A stretch of 64,000 bases of DNA, from assembly GCA_019058315.1 (NCBI GenBank), contig JAHPZH010000001.1:1201432-1265431 (forward strand), read 5' to 3'. The stretch comes from Candidatus Helarchaeota archaeon. GTDB taxonomy: Archaea; Asgardarchaeota; Lokiarchaeia; Helarchaeales; RDOG01. Shown one piece after another: positions 19,687-30,050 of this stretch (position 1 is its first letter; the number at the start of each line of letters is the position of its first letter). A program made the position numbers and the translations under genes. The notes under the pieces are model-generated. The model saw nothing but the letters and a program-made list of their open reading frames with translations, did no database searches and was not told the DNA's origin.

Positions 19687-20763
19687 TCAGAAACCCATAA
19701 AGCTTTCACCTTTTTCTGGAATAAAATCTTGAGCTCTGATTTGTTTTAATGTTATAGCAGATTCAGGGCAATTAGTAGCACAATTTCCGCATCCCCAACA
19801 ATTATTTTGGTTTATAACTGATTTACCATCTTCAATCGTTATAGCATCGAACTGGCATTTATCAATACATGTTTCACAACCTATACAAAGTTCGGGATCG
19901 ACAGATGCTTCATATCGGGATTGATTTACAATATCTTTATAGCCATGGACAACAGCTCCTCTAATAACTCCACAAGCACATGAACAACAGTTGCAGATAA
20001 AGTACAGTCCTTTTTGCTTATTATCCACACAATGAACTAATCCGGCTTCTTCAGACTTTTTTATTACTTCTAATGCTTTTTCTTTTGTAATTTTTCTAGC
20101 AATTTTTCTTTGAATTAACATATCAGCAGCAAGATCGAGACCCAAACAAACCTCCGATGGATGGTCACATCGTCTAGCTCTTTTTCTGCATACACAATCT
20201 GTTAAGCTAATTTTTTTAGCATTGTTAATTATTTTTTCTACTTCTTCATAAGGTAATATATTGGTCTGATTCACTGAAATAGTTTCATTCACTGGTAAAA
20301 CTCTAAATAAGGGTTTTTTAGAACGTCCTAGAACATACACCATCCCAGTTTCATAATATTCATCTAATAAATCTAATAATTCTTTATGAGTATCTGGTTG
20401 AAATTTTGGATTGATGAAGACCATATCATGAAGCAATAAAGATGAAGTCGGTTTCCAATCTACCAGACCCGTTTCTTTATTTGGTTCCGGATGGACTATC
20501 CCTTTGTTTAGGAATATATCATTTAATTTTTTTACCAACTCTTTTCGATCCATGGATAATTTTTCTGCTAATTCTGGAATGGTTCCGCCATCTTTTCCCA
20601 TTTTAATTAAAAGTTCCCCATCTTCTTTAGTAAGCACTTCATATTTTTCTAAAGCCTTCAATAATTTTGCCAAAGCTTTTTGTTCTTTTATTTTATCTTC
20701 AGGAACTGATAAACTCTTCATTAGATTTTCCATATAACTATCAATTATAACTTCAATCGTCAT
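19687..20763 (-). CDS. Iron-sulfur protein (HTH-like N-terminus, C-terminal 2x4Fe-4S ferredoxin)
   Basis: DCVCR, ICNCCSCAC, CIGCETCIDKC, CWGCGNCATNCP. Confidence 0.85.
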   Translation of the reverse strand: MTIEVIIDSYMENLMKSLSVPEDKIKEQKALAKLLKALEKYEVLTKEDGELLIKMGKDGGTIPELAEKLSMDRKELVKKLNDIFLNKGIVHPEPNKETGLVDWKPTSSLLLHDMVFINPKFQPDTHKELLDLLDEYYETGMVYVLGRSKKPLFRVLPVNETISVNQTNILPYEEVEKIINNAKKISLTDCVCRKRARRCDHPSEVCLGLDLAADMLIQRKIARKITKEKALEVIKKSEEAGLVHCVDNKQKGLYFICNCCSCACGVIRGAVVHGYKDIVNQSRYEASVDPELCIGCETCIDKCQFDAITIEDGKSVINQNNCWGCGNCATNCPESAITLKQIRAQDFIPEKGESFMGF

Positions 20764-20787
20764 TCTCTAACTTCCATTTCTTTAAAA

Positions 20788-22266
20788 TTATAATCTGTTA
20801 AATTTATTACATAAAATAAAATAGATTGTATAAATTAAATAAACAACTTTAAAGTAAGTATAGTCTGAATATTCAAATTCAAAAAGAGAGTGGACTAATA
20901 AAAATTTTCTAAACATATCTGGTTTCGCTGTAATTGCTAACATACTAATAATTGCTGTGGTTTGAACCAATATTTCTTTACTTTGAATTGCTTTTTCAAG
21001 AAGTTGAAAAGCTAATTCTAAAATTTCATCATCAATCCTAGATAACATCCGTAGAGTATATATACCCCAGCCTATACCAAGAGTTGCACCAATTTTAAGA
21101 CGTGTAAGATTCCAAGATGTGTCTATAATAGAAGCTTCTTCACTATCTTTTTCTTCATTTGTTTGATATTTAGATTCAATAATTGGTGAATATTCTTCTT
21201 TTAACATTTTAATAAATTCTTCTTTTGGATTTTCTTTAAACGGAATAACTATCCCTTTGTTCGATAAAGATGCAAAGTTAATATCGGCAGATCCTCCCCC
21301 ATAAGGTTTTATAACTCCAGCTTGATTACTATAAATGAACCCTTTCAGATCTTCTGCTGCAATACTAATCAGCAATGAGACAGAGAGTTCTAAGCCGATT
21401 TCTTCATATATAGATTCTGGCGGGATTTTTGCAGCAAATGGATAATTTGAAAATTCTTCATCTGTTAATTTATCTTTTTTTGGGATTATATACAGTGGAT
21501 AACAAGCATACATGGCCAATACCGCCCACAATCCGGCATCTGAATATTTGTGAGAATTTTCCATCGCTTGAGCTTCGTCTGATAAATTTGCACTCATTAA
21601 CGTATTAGCTAAAATGGAAGCAATTCTCTTTTCATAAGGCTGTTCAAATTCGATAATTGGTTCAACTTTTTTAATTGAGCTCTTCACTTGATTCTCATCT
21701 TGAGGCGTAAACCCATAACAAATAAGTGCATTAGAAGCAACATCATAATATTCATGGTCTATTAATTCATCTAAATCTTTTGTAATTTCTTTGTATGGTA
21801 CTTTTCCAGTTTCAAGCATATATAAACATGCACCTACAGTAGCTCCCCAATTATACTCTTCCCCTTTTTGGCTCAAAGCTTTTTTGATAATCTGTTCAGA
21901 TTGAGATAATGAACCCAATCCAGCAATTATAGCAATTGCTTCTTGAATATTTTTTTTGGCTGAATCATATTCCATGTCATATTTTTTTAGATCTATTATC
22001 TCCTTGAAACTTGAAGAAAATATAAACCCTAAACCTATTGTTGCGAAGACACTTAGTAGCTCATCTTTTTCCTCAAATTTTGGTCCAGTTAATTCAACTA
22101 ATTTCTTTACAATCATAGAATCTTCTGAAATCCTTTTTTCCACTAAACCTCCAGCATTTAAAACTCCCAAAGCAAGCGCTGCTGTTTTAATTACAAAATC
22201 ATGACCCATTGAAATAAAATCTAAAAGCTTTTTCTGAATTTTTTCATACATTGGCATCCAATCCAA
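20788..22266 (-). CDS. Helical repeat protein with PC-repeat-like motifs
   Basis: Repeated small-residue helices: TAALALGVLNAG, FATIGLGFIFSS, GATVGACLYML, DVASNALICYGF, GATLGIGWGI. Confidence 0.5.
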   Translation of the reverse strand: MDWMPMYEKIQKKLLDFISMGHDFVIKTAALALGVLNAGGLVEKRISEDSMIVKKLVELTGPKFEEKDELLSVFATIGLGFIFSSSFKEIIDLKKYDMEYDSAKKNIQEAIAIIAGLGSLSQSEQIIKKALSQKGEEYNWGATVGACLYMLETGKVPYKEITKDLDELIDHEYYDVASNALICYGFTPQDENQVKSSIKKVEPIIEFEQPYEKRIASILANTLMSANLSDEAQAMENSHKYSDAGLWAVLAMYACYPLYIIPKKDKLTDEEFSNYPFAAKIPPESIYEEIGLELSVSLLISIAAEDLKGFIYSNQAGVIKPYGGGSADINFASLSNKGIVIPFKENPKEEFIKMLKEEYSPIIESKYQTNEEKDSEEASIIDTSWNLTRLKIGATLGIGWGIYTLRMLSRIDDEILELAFQLLEKAIQSKEILVQTTAIISMLAITAKPDMFRKFLLVHSLFEFEYSDYTYFKVVYLIYTIYFILCNKFNRL

Positions 22267-22355
22267 TATTTTCAGACAATATAGAAAAATTTAATATTTG
22301 TTAATTAGTGGAACTTAATTTAAATGTATATAAAAATTAGATTTGGGTTTTTTTT

Positions 22356-23129
22356 ATGTCAAAAAATGATAATATTGAAGAATTAACTAAAAAAATTAAA
22401 GCTTACGTTAATAAATTAGATATTGATACTATAGGAATAGCGGATGCTAACAATGAGCTTTTTTTAGAGGCGCCTGAAAACCATCGCCCTAAAAATATTT
22501 TAGAAGATGCAAAATCGATTATAGTATTTGGGAAAACCCTCCCTAGAGCTATTTTTAAAATGAAATACCATCAAGAACAAATGGTACATAGACTCTATCA
22601 TAGTATCTATAAATTTTTAGATATAGCTGCTACTAGATTATCAGATTATATAGAAACATTAGGTTATTATGCAATTCCCATTCCGTCTTATATTCCTTTT
22701 AGAATAGAAAACCTCGAACCATGGGGAATTATTTCACTAAAACATGCAGCTTTAGCAGCAGGTTTGGGTCGTATAGCTAAAAATGGCTTATTAATTCATC
22801 CGAAATATGGAACTCTAATCAGATTATCAGCTGTTATTACAACAGCTAAATTGACACCTGATAATCCTTATACAGAAGAGATTTGTCTCGATTGTAACTT
22901 ATGTATTGAAAATTGTCCAGTAAAAGCCTTTGGGAAGAAAACTGGTAAATTTAATAAAATGAAGTGTTTGAACAATGTAGTTAAACATGGGCTAAATATA
23001 TTACATCCATACGACCAGAATTATGTTAAAAACATTGAACTTGTTACAAATACACTACTTATTGAATATACAGTTGGATGTACTAAGTGTTTAGAGGTAT
23101 GTCCTTTGAATTCACAGCAAAAAAAATAA
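22356..23129 (+). CDS. QueG/epoxyqueuosine reductase-like Fe-S (cobalamin) protein
   Basis: SLKHAALAAGLG, HPKYG, CLDCNLCIENCP, CTKCLEVCP. Confidence 0.8.
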   Translation: MSKNDNIEELTKKIKAYVNKLDIDTIGIADANNELFLEAPENHRPKNILEDAKSIIVFGKTLPRAIFKMKYHQEQMVHRLYHSIYKFLDIAATRLSDYIETLGYYAIPIPSYIPFRIENLEPWGIISLKHAALAAGLGRIAKNGLLIHPKYGTLIRLSAVITTAKLTPDNPYTEEICLDCNLCIENCPVKAFGKKTGKFNKMKCLNNVVKHGLNILHPYDQNYVKNIELVTNTLLIEYTVGCTKCLEVCPLNSQQKK

Positions 23130-23334
23130 ATCAATTCTAATAGGATTTTTTTTTTATGTTTGCCTTATAGGCTTTTCATCTTGCGTTATCTAATTATTTT
23201 TTAACCAAATTATCTATATTTCTTCTAATTTTTATATCTAAAAGGGGATTTGAACCTTCTTTAAAAATTTAAAAGGCTATGTGAGAAATAATAATAAATT
23301 CATACTATATGGAAATAAAAATGGCGGAATAATT

Positions 23335-24342
23335 ATGTCAAAAAGCAAAAAGATGAAAAAAAAATATGGTCCTGAATATCTTTTTGGCTTTGCACAATCA
23401 TTCCACGAATTATTGGTAATTACTTCAGGAATTGAACTGAATTTATATGATTTAATTAATCATCATAAATCAATTTCATCTAAAAAATTATCATCTTTAA
23501 AAGGTTATTCCGAAACTCTAATAAATTCATGGTGTAAAGCTGCTACCGCAATTGGTCATTTAAAATTCGAAAATACAAATTATTCTCTTTCTAAATTTGC
23601 GAAAAATTTTCTAACTAAAGACTCACCTAGTTATTTAGGATTTATCTTTCAAAATATAGAAGGCTTATTTTTTATTTATAACACTTTAAAAGAGAGGTTT
23701 GATGGGCATTATCCACCCATAAAAGGTTCTCATGCTGTTAGTACTATTAAAAGTATAGCACCTCTAGCAAATATAATAGTCCCCATCTTACGAAATGAAA
23801 TTCCAAGATTAAATGAAAAGTGTGAATTCTTAGATTTAGGTTGTGGTCTTGGTAGTTATTTAGTAAAACTAGCAGAATTGAATCCCCAATTTCAAGGAAC
23901 GGGAATAGAAGGTGGATGGGGATTAGAAGTGGTTAATGAGGCAAGAAACTATATTAAGCAGAATAACATGGAAAGCCAAATTAAAATTATTAATGCCGAT
24001 ATTTTAAAATTTAAACCCGAACAAAATTTTGATGTAATTTTTATGAGTGGTTCCATTCAAGCTTTCCGAGAAAAAGATGCACAAAAGATTTTAAATAAAT
24101 CTTATGATTGGTTGAAAAAACAAGGAACAATTGCTATTCAAGAATTTATAATCAATGAAAATAGATTGGAACCTCAGTCAAATGCTCTATTTGATTTTTA
24201 CTTACGTTTAGCATCTCCAAATGCCGGATTATATTCATATCAAGAATTATATAATATGTTAGAGATTGCGGGATTTATAGAAATTAAAAAATATGATATT
24301 ATATCTGGATTGAGTCATATTATAGCTAAAACCAAAAATTAA
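23335..24342 (+). CDS. Class I SAM-dependent O-methyltransferase with N-terminal dimerisation domain
   Basis: LDLGCGLGSY motif I; N-terminal winged helix. ATG 23335 preferred over GTG 23281. Confidence 0.85.
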   Translation: MSKSKKMKKKYGPEYLFGFAQSFHELLVITSGIELNLYDLINHHKSISSKKLSSLKGYSETLINSWCKAATAIGHLKFENTNYSLSKFAKNFLTKDSPSYLGFIFQNIEGLFFIYNTLKERFDGHYPPIKGSHAVSTIKSIAPLANIIVPILRNEIPRLNEKCEFLDLGCGLGSYLVKLAELNPQFQGTGIEGGWGLEVVNEARNYIKQNNMESQIKIINADILKFKPEQNFDVIFMSGSIQAFREKDAQKILNKSYDWLKKQGTIAIQEFIINENRLEPQSNALFDFYLRLASPNAGLYSYQELYNMLEIAGFIEIKKYDIISGLSHIIAKTKN

Positions 24343-24400
24343 AATTTTATAGGAATATGTTTTCCTATTAGAACAGAATTAATAATTTTGAGTAGATTAC

Positions 24401-25624
24401 ATGCGAGAAGTAGCAATTATTGGAGTAGGACATACAAAATTTGGAAGGCTTAAAGATAAAGATTTAATGGATTTATTGATAGAATCTTCTATTCAAGCCA
24501 TTGATAATTCAAAAACTTCTGATAACGATTATGATGCAGTCTACGTTGCGAGTATGTGTTCTGGAGAATTTAATCAAATGACTGGTGTTGCAAGTGCTTT
24601 AGTAGATCGGATTAATCTACTTCCTGCAGCTGCCGATCATATAAAAAATGGACCAGCAAGTGGTGGTTCTGCAATAAAAAATGCGTTTTATTCTATTGCT
24701 TCTGGTTTATGTGATTTAGTTCTTGTTACAGGAGGAGAAAAAATGACTCATATTACAGTCCCAGGATTTGTAACCTCCGCTGTAGCAACAATAACCCATC
24801 ATTCAGCTGAGCGTATTCATGGTGTATCCCTACCCTCGTTTGCAGGACTTCTAACTCGAGCATATTTGGATAAGTATAATGCAAAAATCGAATGGTTGGA
24901 CAGTATTGCAATTAAAAATCATAAAAATGGTGCATTAAATCCTAATGCTCATTTTCAAAGAGATATAGAAGGTTTTATGAAAAGTGCAATTAAAAAAGGG
25001 AGAGGTAATTGGAATAATATAAATGAATATTTAAGAGATTTAAAAGCAAACCCCATTATCGCAGATCCTCTTCAATTATTTCATATTTGTCCTATTTCTG
25101 ATGGTGCCGCATCAGTAGTTTTATGTCCTGCAGATCAAGCTAAAAAATATTGTGATACTCCGATAAAGATTACTGGTGTAGGACAAGCTACAGATACCCA
25201 TATTATTTATGAACGAGAAGACATGACAGTCTTGGATGCATTACAAATTTGTTCAAAACAAGCTTACAAAATGGCAAAGAAAGTTCCTATGGACATAGAT
25301 GTTGCAGAACTTCATGACGCATTTGCTATATTAGAGGCGGTACAAAGTGAAGATATGGGATTTTTCAAAAAGGGCGAAGGAGCAAAAGCAGCTGCAGAAG
25401 GAAAAACTGAAATTGGTGGAGAAATTCCGATTAATCCATCAGGTGGGCTAAAAGCAAGAGGTCATCCTTTAGGAGCAACTGGAATAGCCCAAGTGGTCGA
25501 ATTGGTATGGCAACTAAGAGGTGAGGCTGGTAAACGTCAAGTTGAAGGAGCTAAGAGCGGAATTACCTGCAATTTTGGAGGATTTGGAAATAATATAGTA
25601 AGTATTTTAGTGGAGAGAATGTAA
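24401..25624 (+). CDS. Thiolase-family protein (archaeal/SCP2-type) lacking the usual nucleophile Cys
   Basis: GVGHTKFG, GGEKM, PISDGAA, ELHDAF, GHPLGATG; NGPASGG where CASG is expected. Confidence 0.9.
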   Translation: MREVAIIGVGHTKFGRLKDKDLMDLLIESSIQAIDNSKTSDNDYDAVYVASMCSGEFNQMTGVASALVDRINLLPAAADHIKNGPASGGSAIKNAFYSIASGLCDLVLVTGGEKMTHITVPGFVTSAVATITHHSAERIHGVSLPSFAGLLTRAYLDKYNAKIEWLDSIAIKNHKNGALNPNAHFQRDIEGFMKSAIKKGRGNWNNINEYLRDLKANPIIADPLQLFHICPISDGAASVVLCPADQAKKYCDTPIKITGVGQATDTHIIYEREDMTVLDALQICSKQAYKMAKKVPMDIDVAELHDAFAILEAVQSEDMGFFKKGEGAKAAAEGKTEIGGEIPINPSGGLKARGHPLGATGIAQVVELVWQLRGEAGKRQVEGAKSGITCNFGGFGNNIVSILVERM

Positions 25625-25984
25625 ATGGGTGAAATTACAGAGAAAATTATTTGGCATAAATGTAAAAAATGTGGTAAACTTCAATATCCTGAACATTTAA
25701 GATGTTTAACCTGTAAAAATAAGGAATTTGAAGAAATTGAGGCTCCAAGTGAAGCTATTTTGCTAACCTATACAATTTTAACAGCACCTCCAAAAGAATA
25801 TCGCAATAAAGAATCATATGCTTTAGGAATTGTTGAATTCCCAAATGGTATAAGAGCTCTTGGTCAAATTACGAGCGAGAAAAATCTTAAAATAGGAATG
25901 AAATTAAAGACCGAATATGCAGAAATTTGTGCAGATTTAGACGGAAAAGCAGTTCGTACCTTTGTTTTCAAACCAATAAGTTAA
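25625..25984 (+). CDS. DUF35 Zn-ribbon/OB-fold protein (thiolase partner)
   Basis: CKKCG..YP...CLTC plus OB fold; abuts the thiolase. Confidence 0.9.
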   Translation: MGEITEKIIWHKCKKCGKLQYPEHLRCLTCKNKEFEEIEAPSEAILLTYTILTAPPKEYRNKESYALGIVEFPNGIRALGQITSEKNLKIGMKLKTEYAEICADLDGKAVRTFVFKPIS

Positions 25985-26076
25985 AATCTCTTTTAAAAGT
26001 AATAATTATTTATATTATAAAAATTTAATTCAATTGTAAAAATAGCTGGGAGATATAAATAACGTTTTTACTTAAT

Positions 26077-26907
26077 ATGGAGGATTTTCTTAAATTTTGG
26101 GCAGTTTATACATATCATACTTATTATTATCCCCCTGGAACTATGCCACTACGATCTCAAACAATGTTATTTTTAATTATTCTCCTCGTTTCATTTCTCC
26201 CAGTAGCGATTCCTTTGGTTTATTACGCTTTTAAATTACAAGGGTTTACTAAACATTCTAAAATGTGGAAACCATGGAAAAAATTCGCTTTAGGTTGGTT
26301 ATTGCTAGTTATAGCTATATTTACAGGAATAACGGAATTTAGTCTCATGATCGTATTTGAAGTTCTTAAACAACGTTATATTACATGGCTTACGATAGGA
26401 TTAATTATTTCACCGCTCATGATTTTTACTTTTATTACCATTTTTTTGACAATCCGAGGAATACAACAGTTTTATAGAAGTGCCACAATAAGCGTATACC
26501 CAGAAAAAGAAATAGAAAAATTACGTTACATTCTCGTCATTCATAGAAAAGTGGGTGCTACGATTTATGATAAAAAATTAGGGGATTGGGAGTTAGATTC
26601 AGATTTAATTGGAGGATTTTTAGGTATAATACAAGAATTTAGTTCAGAAATTAAGAAAGTACGGGAACCAATGCGAAAATTGGAATATAAAAACTTTGAA
26701 ATTATATTGGAACAAGGAAAATATGCAATTTTTGCATTATTTATTGATGGTGTTGAGTCATATTGGCTTAGAGAAAAATTAAATTTATTTTCAAATGATT
26801 TTGAAAAACAATTCGAAGAAATATTTAAAGATTGGTCAGGAGAAATAACAACTTTCGAAAAAGCTGAAATTTTAGTTGATAGGATTTTTGAATTATATCG
26901 ATTATAA
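26077..26907 (+). CDS. 3-TM membrane protein with C-terminal longin-like domain (paralogue 1)
   Basis: Three hydrophobic helices; YILVIHRKVGATIYD..DSDLIGGFLGIIQEF..LEYKNFEIILEQGK. Confidence 0.8.
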   Translation: MEDFLKFWAVYTYHTYYYPPGTMPLRSQTMLFLIILLVSFLPVAIPLVYYAFKLQGFTKHSKMWKPWKKFALGWLLLVIAIFTGITEFSLMIVFEVLKQRYITWLTIGLIISPLMIFTFITIFLTIRGIQQFYRSATISVYPEKEIEKLRYILVIHRKVGATIYDKKLGDWELDSDLIGGFLGIIQEFSSEIKKVREPMRKLEYKNFEIILEQGKYAIFALFIDGVESYWLREKLNLFSNDFEKQFEEIFKDWSGEITTFEKAEILVDRIFELYRL

Positions 26908-27004
26908 TTGTTTTTTTAATTTTAAAATATTGAATTAAAATATATATGAATAAATAAATTTTAAATAATTAATCCATTTTAATAAAACCGAGAATCTAAA
27001 AAAT

Positions 27005-27871
27005 TTGTTTTTGGGAGATTATAATACGCAAGTGCTACAGGGCGATGAAAATCTTAGATATATCTTGACATATTACTATATTAATCATTTTACTCCTGCA
27101 GATATGTTACGATTAGGACCACAAGTGTTATCATTTATGATTGTTTTACTTATTGCGATGCTACCAGCCTCAATACCAGTTGTTTATTACTCTTTTAAAT
27201 TAAGAGGTTTTGCAATTTATTCCAAGATGTGGAGACCTTGGAAAAGGTTAGCTTTAGGTTGGTTTATGATGCTCATAGCAGTAATTACGGGAATAACTGA
27301 ATTTGGTATATTGTTAGTAACCGGTATTTTTAACCAACGCATCATATCTTGGTTAACTATGGCTTTACTTGTATCCCCAATGGGTGTTTGTGTATTTGTG
27401 ACTTTATTTTTAACTATTACTGGGATAAAGCAGTTCTATTTAAGTGCAAAAATTGCAGTTAATCCAAATAAAGAAATTGAAAAATTGCGTTATATTATTG
27501 TAATTCATAAATCGGTGGGTGCTACAATATACGATAAACAATTGGGGGAATGGGAAATAGATCCCGATTTGATTGGGGGTTTCTTAGGAGTATTACAAAA
27601 TTTTAGTACTGAAATAAAGAGAAAAGATGCACCAATGCGCAAAATGGAATATAAAGATTTTGAAATTATTCTAGAACAAGGAAAATATGCTATTTTCTCG
27701 TTATTTATTGATGGAAATGAATCTGATTGGATTCGTGAGAAATTACACCAATTTACAAGAGAATTTGAAAATAAATTTGAAGATAATTTTAAGAAATGGT
27801 CCGGTGAAACTACTACTTTCGAAAAATCAGAATTTCTAGTTGAAAGAATCTTTGAGTTATATCGTTTATAA
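27005..27871 (+). CDS. 3-TM membrane protein with C-terminal longin-like domain (paralogue 2)
   Basis: Collinear with and highly similar to paralogue 1. Confidence 0.8.
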   Translation: MFLGDYNTQVLQGDENLRYILTYYYINHFTPADMLRLGPQVLSFMIVLLIAMLPASIPVVYYSFKLRGFAIYSKMWRPWKRLALGWFMMLIAVITGITEFGILLVTGIFNQRIISWLTMALLVSPMGVCVFVTLFLTITGIKQFYLSAKIAVNPNKEIEKLRYIIVIHKSVGATIYDKQLGEWEIDPDLIGGFLGVLQNFSTEIKRKDAPMRKMEYKDFEIILEQGKYAIFSLFIDGNESDWIREKLHQFTREFENKFEDNFKKWSGETTTFEKSEFLVERIFELYRL

Positions 27872-27938
27872 TCATCTTGTAAAGATTTAAATAACATTTT
27901 ATTTTAATTATTAAATCAATTATTTAGTAATATAATAT

Positions 27939-28406
27939 TTGGAGATAAAATATTTGCTAATATTAGATTCAGAATTAGACTTTTTCGTTACTTTAGCAAG
28001 TTATTTATACATTAGATACTTCTATCCGATAGGAACAATACCAATGTCACCAGAACTGTTACTTACTTTAATCATAGTCCTTATTGCTCTAATTCCATTT
28101 TCTTTACCACTTCTTTACTATGCATTTAAGTTAAAAGGGTTTGTTCAATATTCAAGAATGTGGCAACCTTGGAAGAAATTGGCATTGGGATGGTTTTTAT
28201 TAGTCATAGGAGCGGTTTCAGGGGTTCTAGTATTTGTATTTCTGCTTGTAAGTGGGATGGTAAACCAACCATTTATATCGGTGGTATTTCTATTACTGAT
28301 GATGACTCCTTTGCTTGTATTTATGGGGTTAACCATGGCTTTGACTTATATTGGAATAAAAGATTTCTATAAAAACGCGAAGGAAGCTGTAGAAGCTTCT
28401 CAATAA
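27939..28406 (+). CDS. 3-TM membrane protein (paralogue 3, no longin domain)
   Basis: Shares YYAFKL.GF..YS.MW.PWKKLALGW and ends just after TM3. Confidence 0.8.
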   Translation: MEIKYLLILDSELDFFVTLASYLYIRYFYPIGTIPMSPELLLTLIIVLIALIPFSLPLLYYAFKLKGFVQYSRMWQPWKKLALGWFLLVIGAVSGVLVFVFLLVSGMVNQPFISVVFLLLMMTPLLVFMGLTMALTYIGIKDFYKNAKEAVEASQ

Positions 28407-28550
28407 CATCTTTTTTATAAAATTCTATTATTTTTTATAAAATTTATTTATAAAATTATATAGTTTATAAATTGAAAATCATTATTGAATTTAATAATTG
28501 AGTTAATTGTTGTTTTTTATTCACTTATAGATAAATAAGGAATTATTAAT

Positions 28551-30002
28551 ATGGTGACAGAAGAAACAAGTGAAAAATTAGTTCATACCAAAGCAGAATT
28601 ACATTATCTTCATGATTACTTTTTTCCTAAATCGATTGCAATAGTTGGTGCAAGTCAAAGATTAAATTTTGGCTCAACGTTCTTTTTATCTAGCTTAAGG
28701 CATGGATATAAAGGTAAGGTATTTCCGGTTAATCCAAAATATGAAGAAGTTCATAAAATGAAGTGCTATCCCAATCTTACTGTTATCGGTGAACCGATGG
28801 ATATGGTCATTTCTTGTATCCCTGCAAAATTTGTTCCCAATTTAGTTCGAGAATGTGTAAAAACAAATGCAAAATTTATTACCGTTTTTACATCAGGTTT
28901 TGCTGAAGTGGGAAATTATGAACTTCAAAATGAATTGATAGATATAATAAAAGGTTCTAATACTAGAATTGTAGGTCCAAATTGCCTTGGTGCCCATTGT
29001 ACAAAGTCAAGGATTACTTTTAATGGAGATGCGTCTTTTAAAGAAGGCAATGTTTCTTTTTGTTCCCAATCAGGTGGTCATGCTTCTACGTTTTTAGAAA
29101 TAGGTCCAACAAGAAAAGTATATTATTCCAAAGGAGTTAGCTTTGGAAACCAGAGCGATTTGAATTGTGTTGATTTTTTAGATTATTATTCAAAAGATGA
29201 AGATACTGAAGTTATTGGAATGTATCTAGAATCATTTGGATCTGCTGATGCTAGAAAATTTTTAAAAAAATTAAAAGAGACTACTAAAAATAAATGTGTG
29301 GTAATATGGAAAGGGGGTCAAACGAAAGCAGGACAGAAGGCAGCCGCTTCTCACACTGGTGCAATTGCAGCATCTATGAAACTATGGGAAGCTGCTTTAA
29401 AACAAAATGGAGCAATACTTGTTAGGAATAAAAATGAATTCATGGATTGTTTACATTTAGCTTCTGTTTTAGATAAAAAGCCAAAAGGCGAAAATATTGG
29501 CATAGTATTTATTGGTGGCGGTGGTTCAGTTGAAATTACAGATGTTTTTTCGACGTATGGCTTTGAAATCCCCGAATTACTTCCTGAAACTCAAGAAAAA
29601 TTAGATAAGATTTTACCAGATGTCAATACATCACTAAAAAATCCAGTTGATCTTGGTGCGACTGGGATTCTAGTAGATGTTTATATGAAAGTTTTAAAGA
29701 TTGTAGCTAACGACCCAAATGTTGATATTTTATTAACTCAATATTCAATCGATAGATTAATAATGTTTGAAGAAGAAATGCGAGTGCCTAATTTTGCAGT
29801 AACATTTGCTAGATCTTTTGGTAGATTAAAAAGAAATATCGATATCCCTTTAATTTTTCTTGCTACTGTATTTAGAAATAGTGATGTTGTTACACGAACG
29901 CTTCTACGCTTTACTGAGACTTTACATGATAAAAATATTCCTTCATTCTCATCAATTGAAAGGGCAGCTAACAGTTTAGCATATTACTTAAGAATGAAAT
30001 AA
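28551..30002 (+). CDS. ADP-forming acyl-CoA synthetase alpha subunit (CoA-binding)
   Basis: PKSIAIVGAS, PVNPK, GPNCLG, SQSGG, SHTGAIA (phospho-His), NPVDL. Confidence 0.9.
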   Translation: MVTEETSEKLVHTKAELHYLHDYFFPKSIAIVGASQRLNFGSTFFLSSLRHGYKGKVFPVNPKYEEVHKMKCYPNLTVIGEPMDMVISCIPAKFVPNLVRECVKTNAKFITVFTSGFAEVGNYELQNELIDIIKGSNTRIVGPNCLGAHCTKSRITFNGDASFKEGNVSFCSQSGGHASTFLEIGPTRKVYYSKGVSFGNQSDLNCVDFLDYYSKDEDTEVIGMYLESFGSADARKFLKKLKETTKNKCVVIWKGGQTKAGQKAAASHTGAIAASMKLWEAALKQNGAILVRNKNEFMDCLHLASVLDKKPKGENIGIVFIGGGGSVEITDVFSTYGFEIPELLPETQEKLDKILPDVNTSLKNPVDLGATGILVDVYMKVLKIVANDPNVDILLTQYSIDRLIMFEEEMRVPNFAVTFARSFGRLKRNIDIPLIFLATVFRNSDVVTRTLLRFTETLHDKNIPSFSSIERAANSLAYYLRMK

Positions 30003-30050
30003 TATCTGAAAAAATTAAAAAATGGGGAAATGGATTTTACAATCAAGTAC

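Noticed and set aside
22356-23129. Reductive dehalogenase
   Set aside because: Short, with no Tat signal or RdhB anchor; fits the generic QueG-like Fe-S family
23241-23260. GGTTCAAATCC on the minus strand resembling a tRNA T-loop or att-site remnant
   Set aside because: The T-stem pairs poorly, there is no acceptor, D or anticodon arm in the AT-rich flanks, and no integrase is nearby
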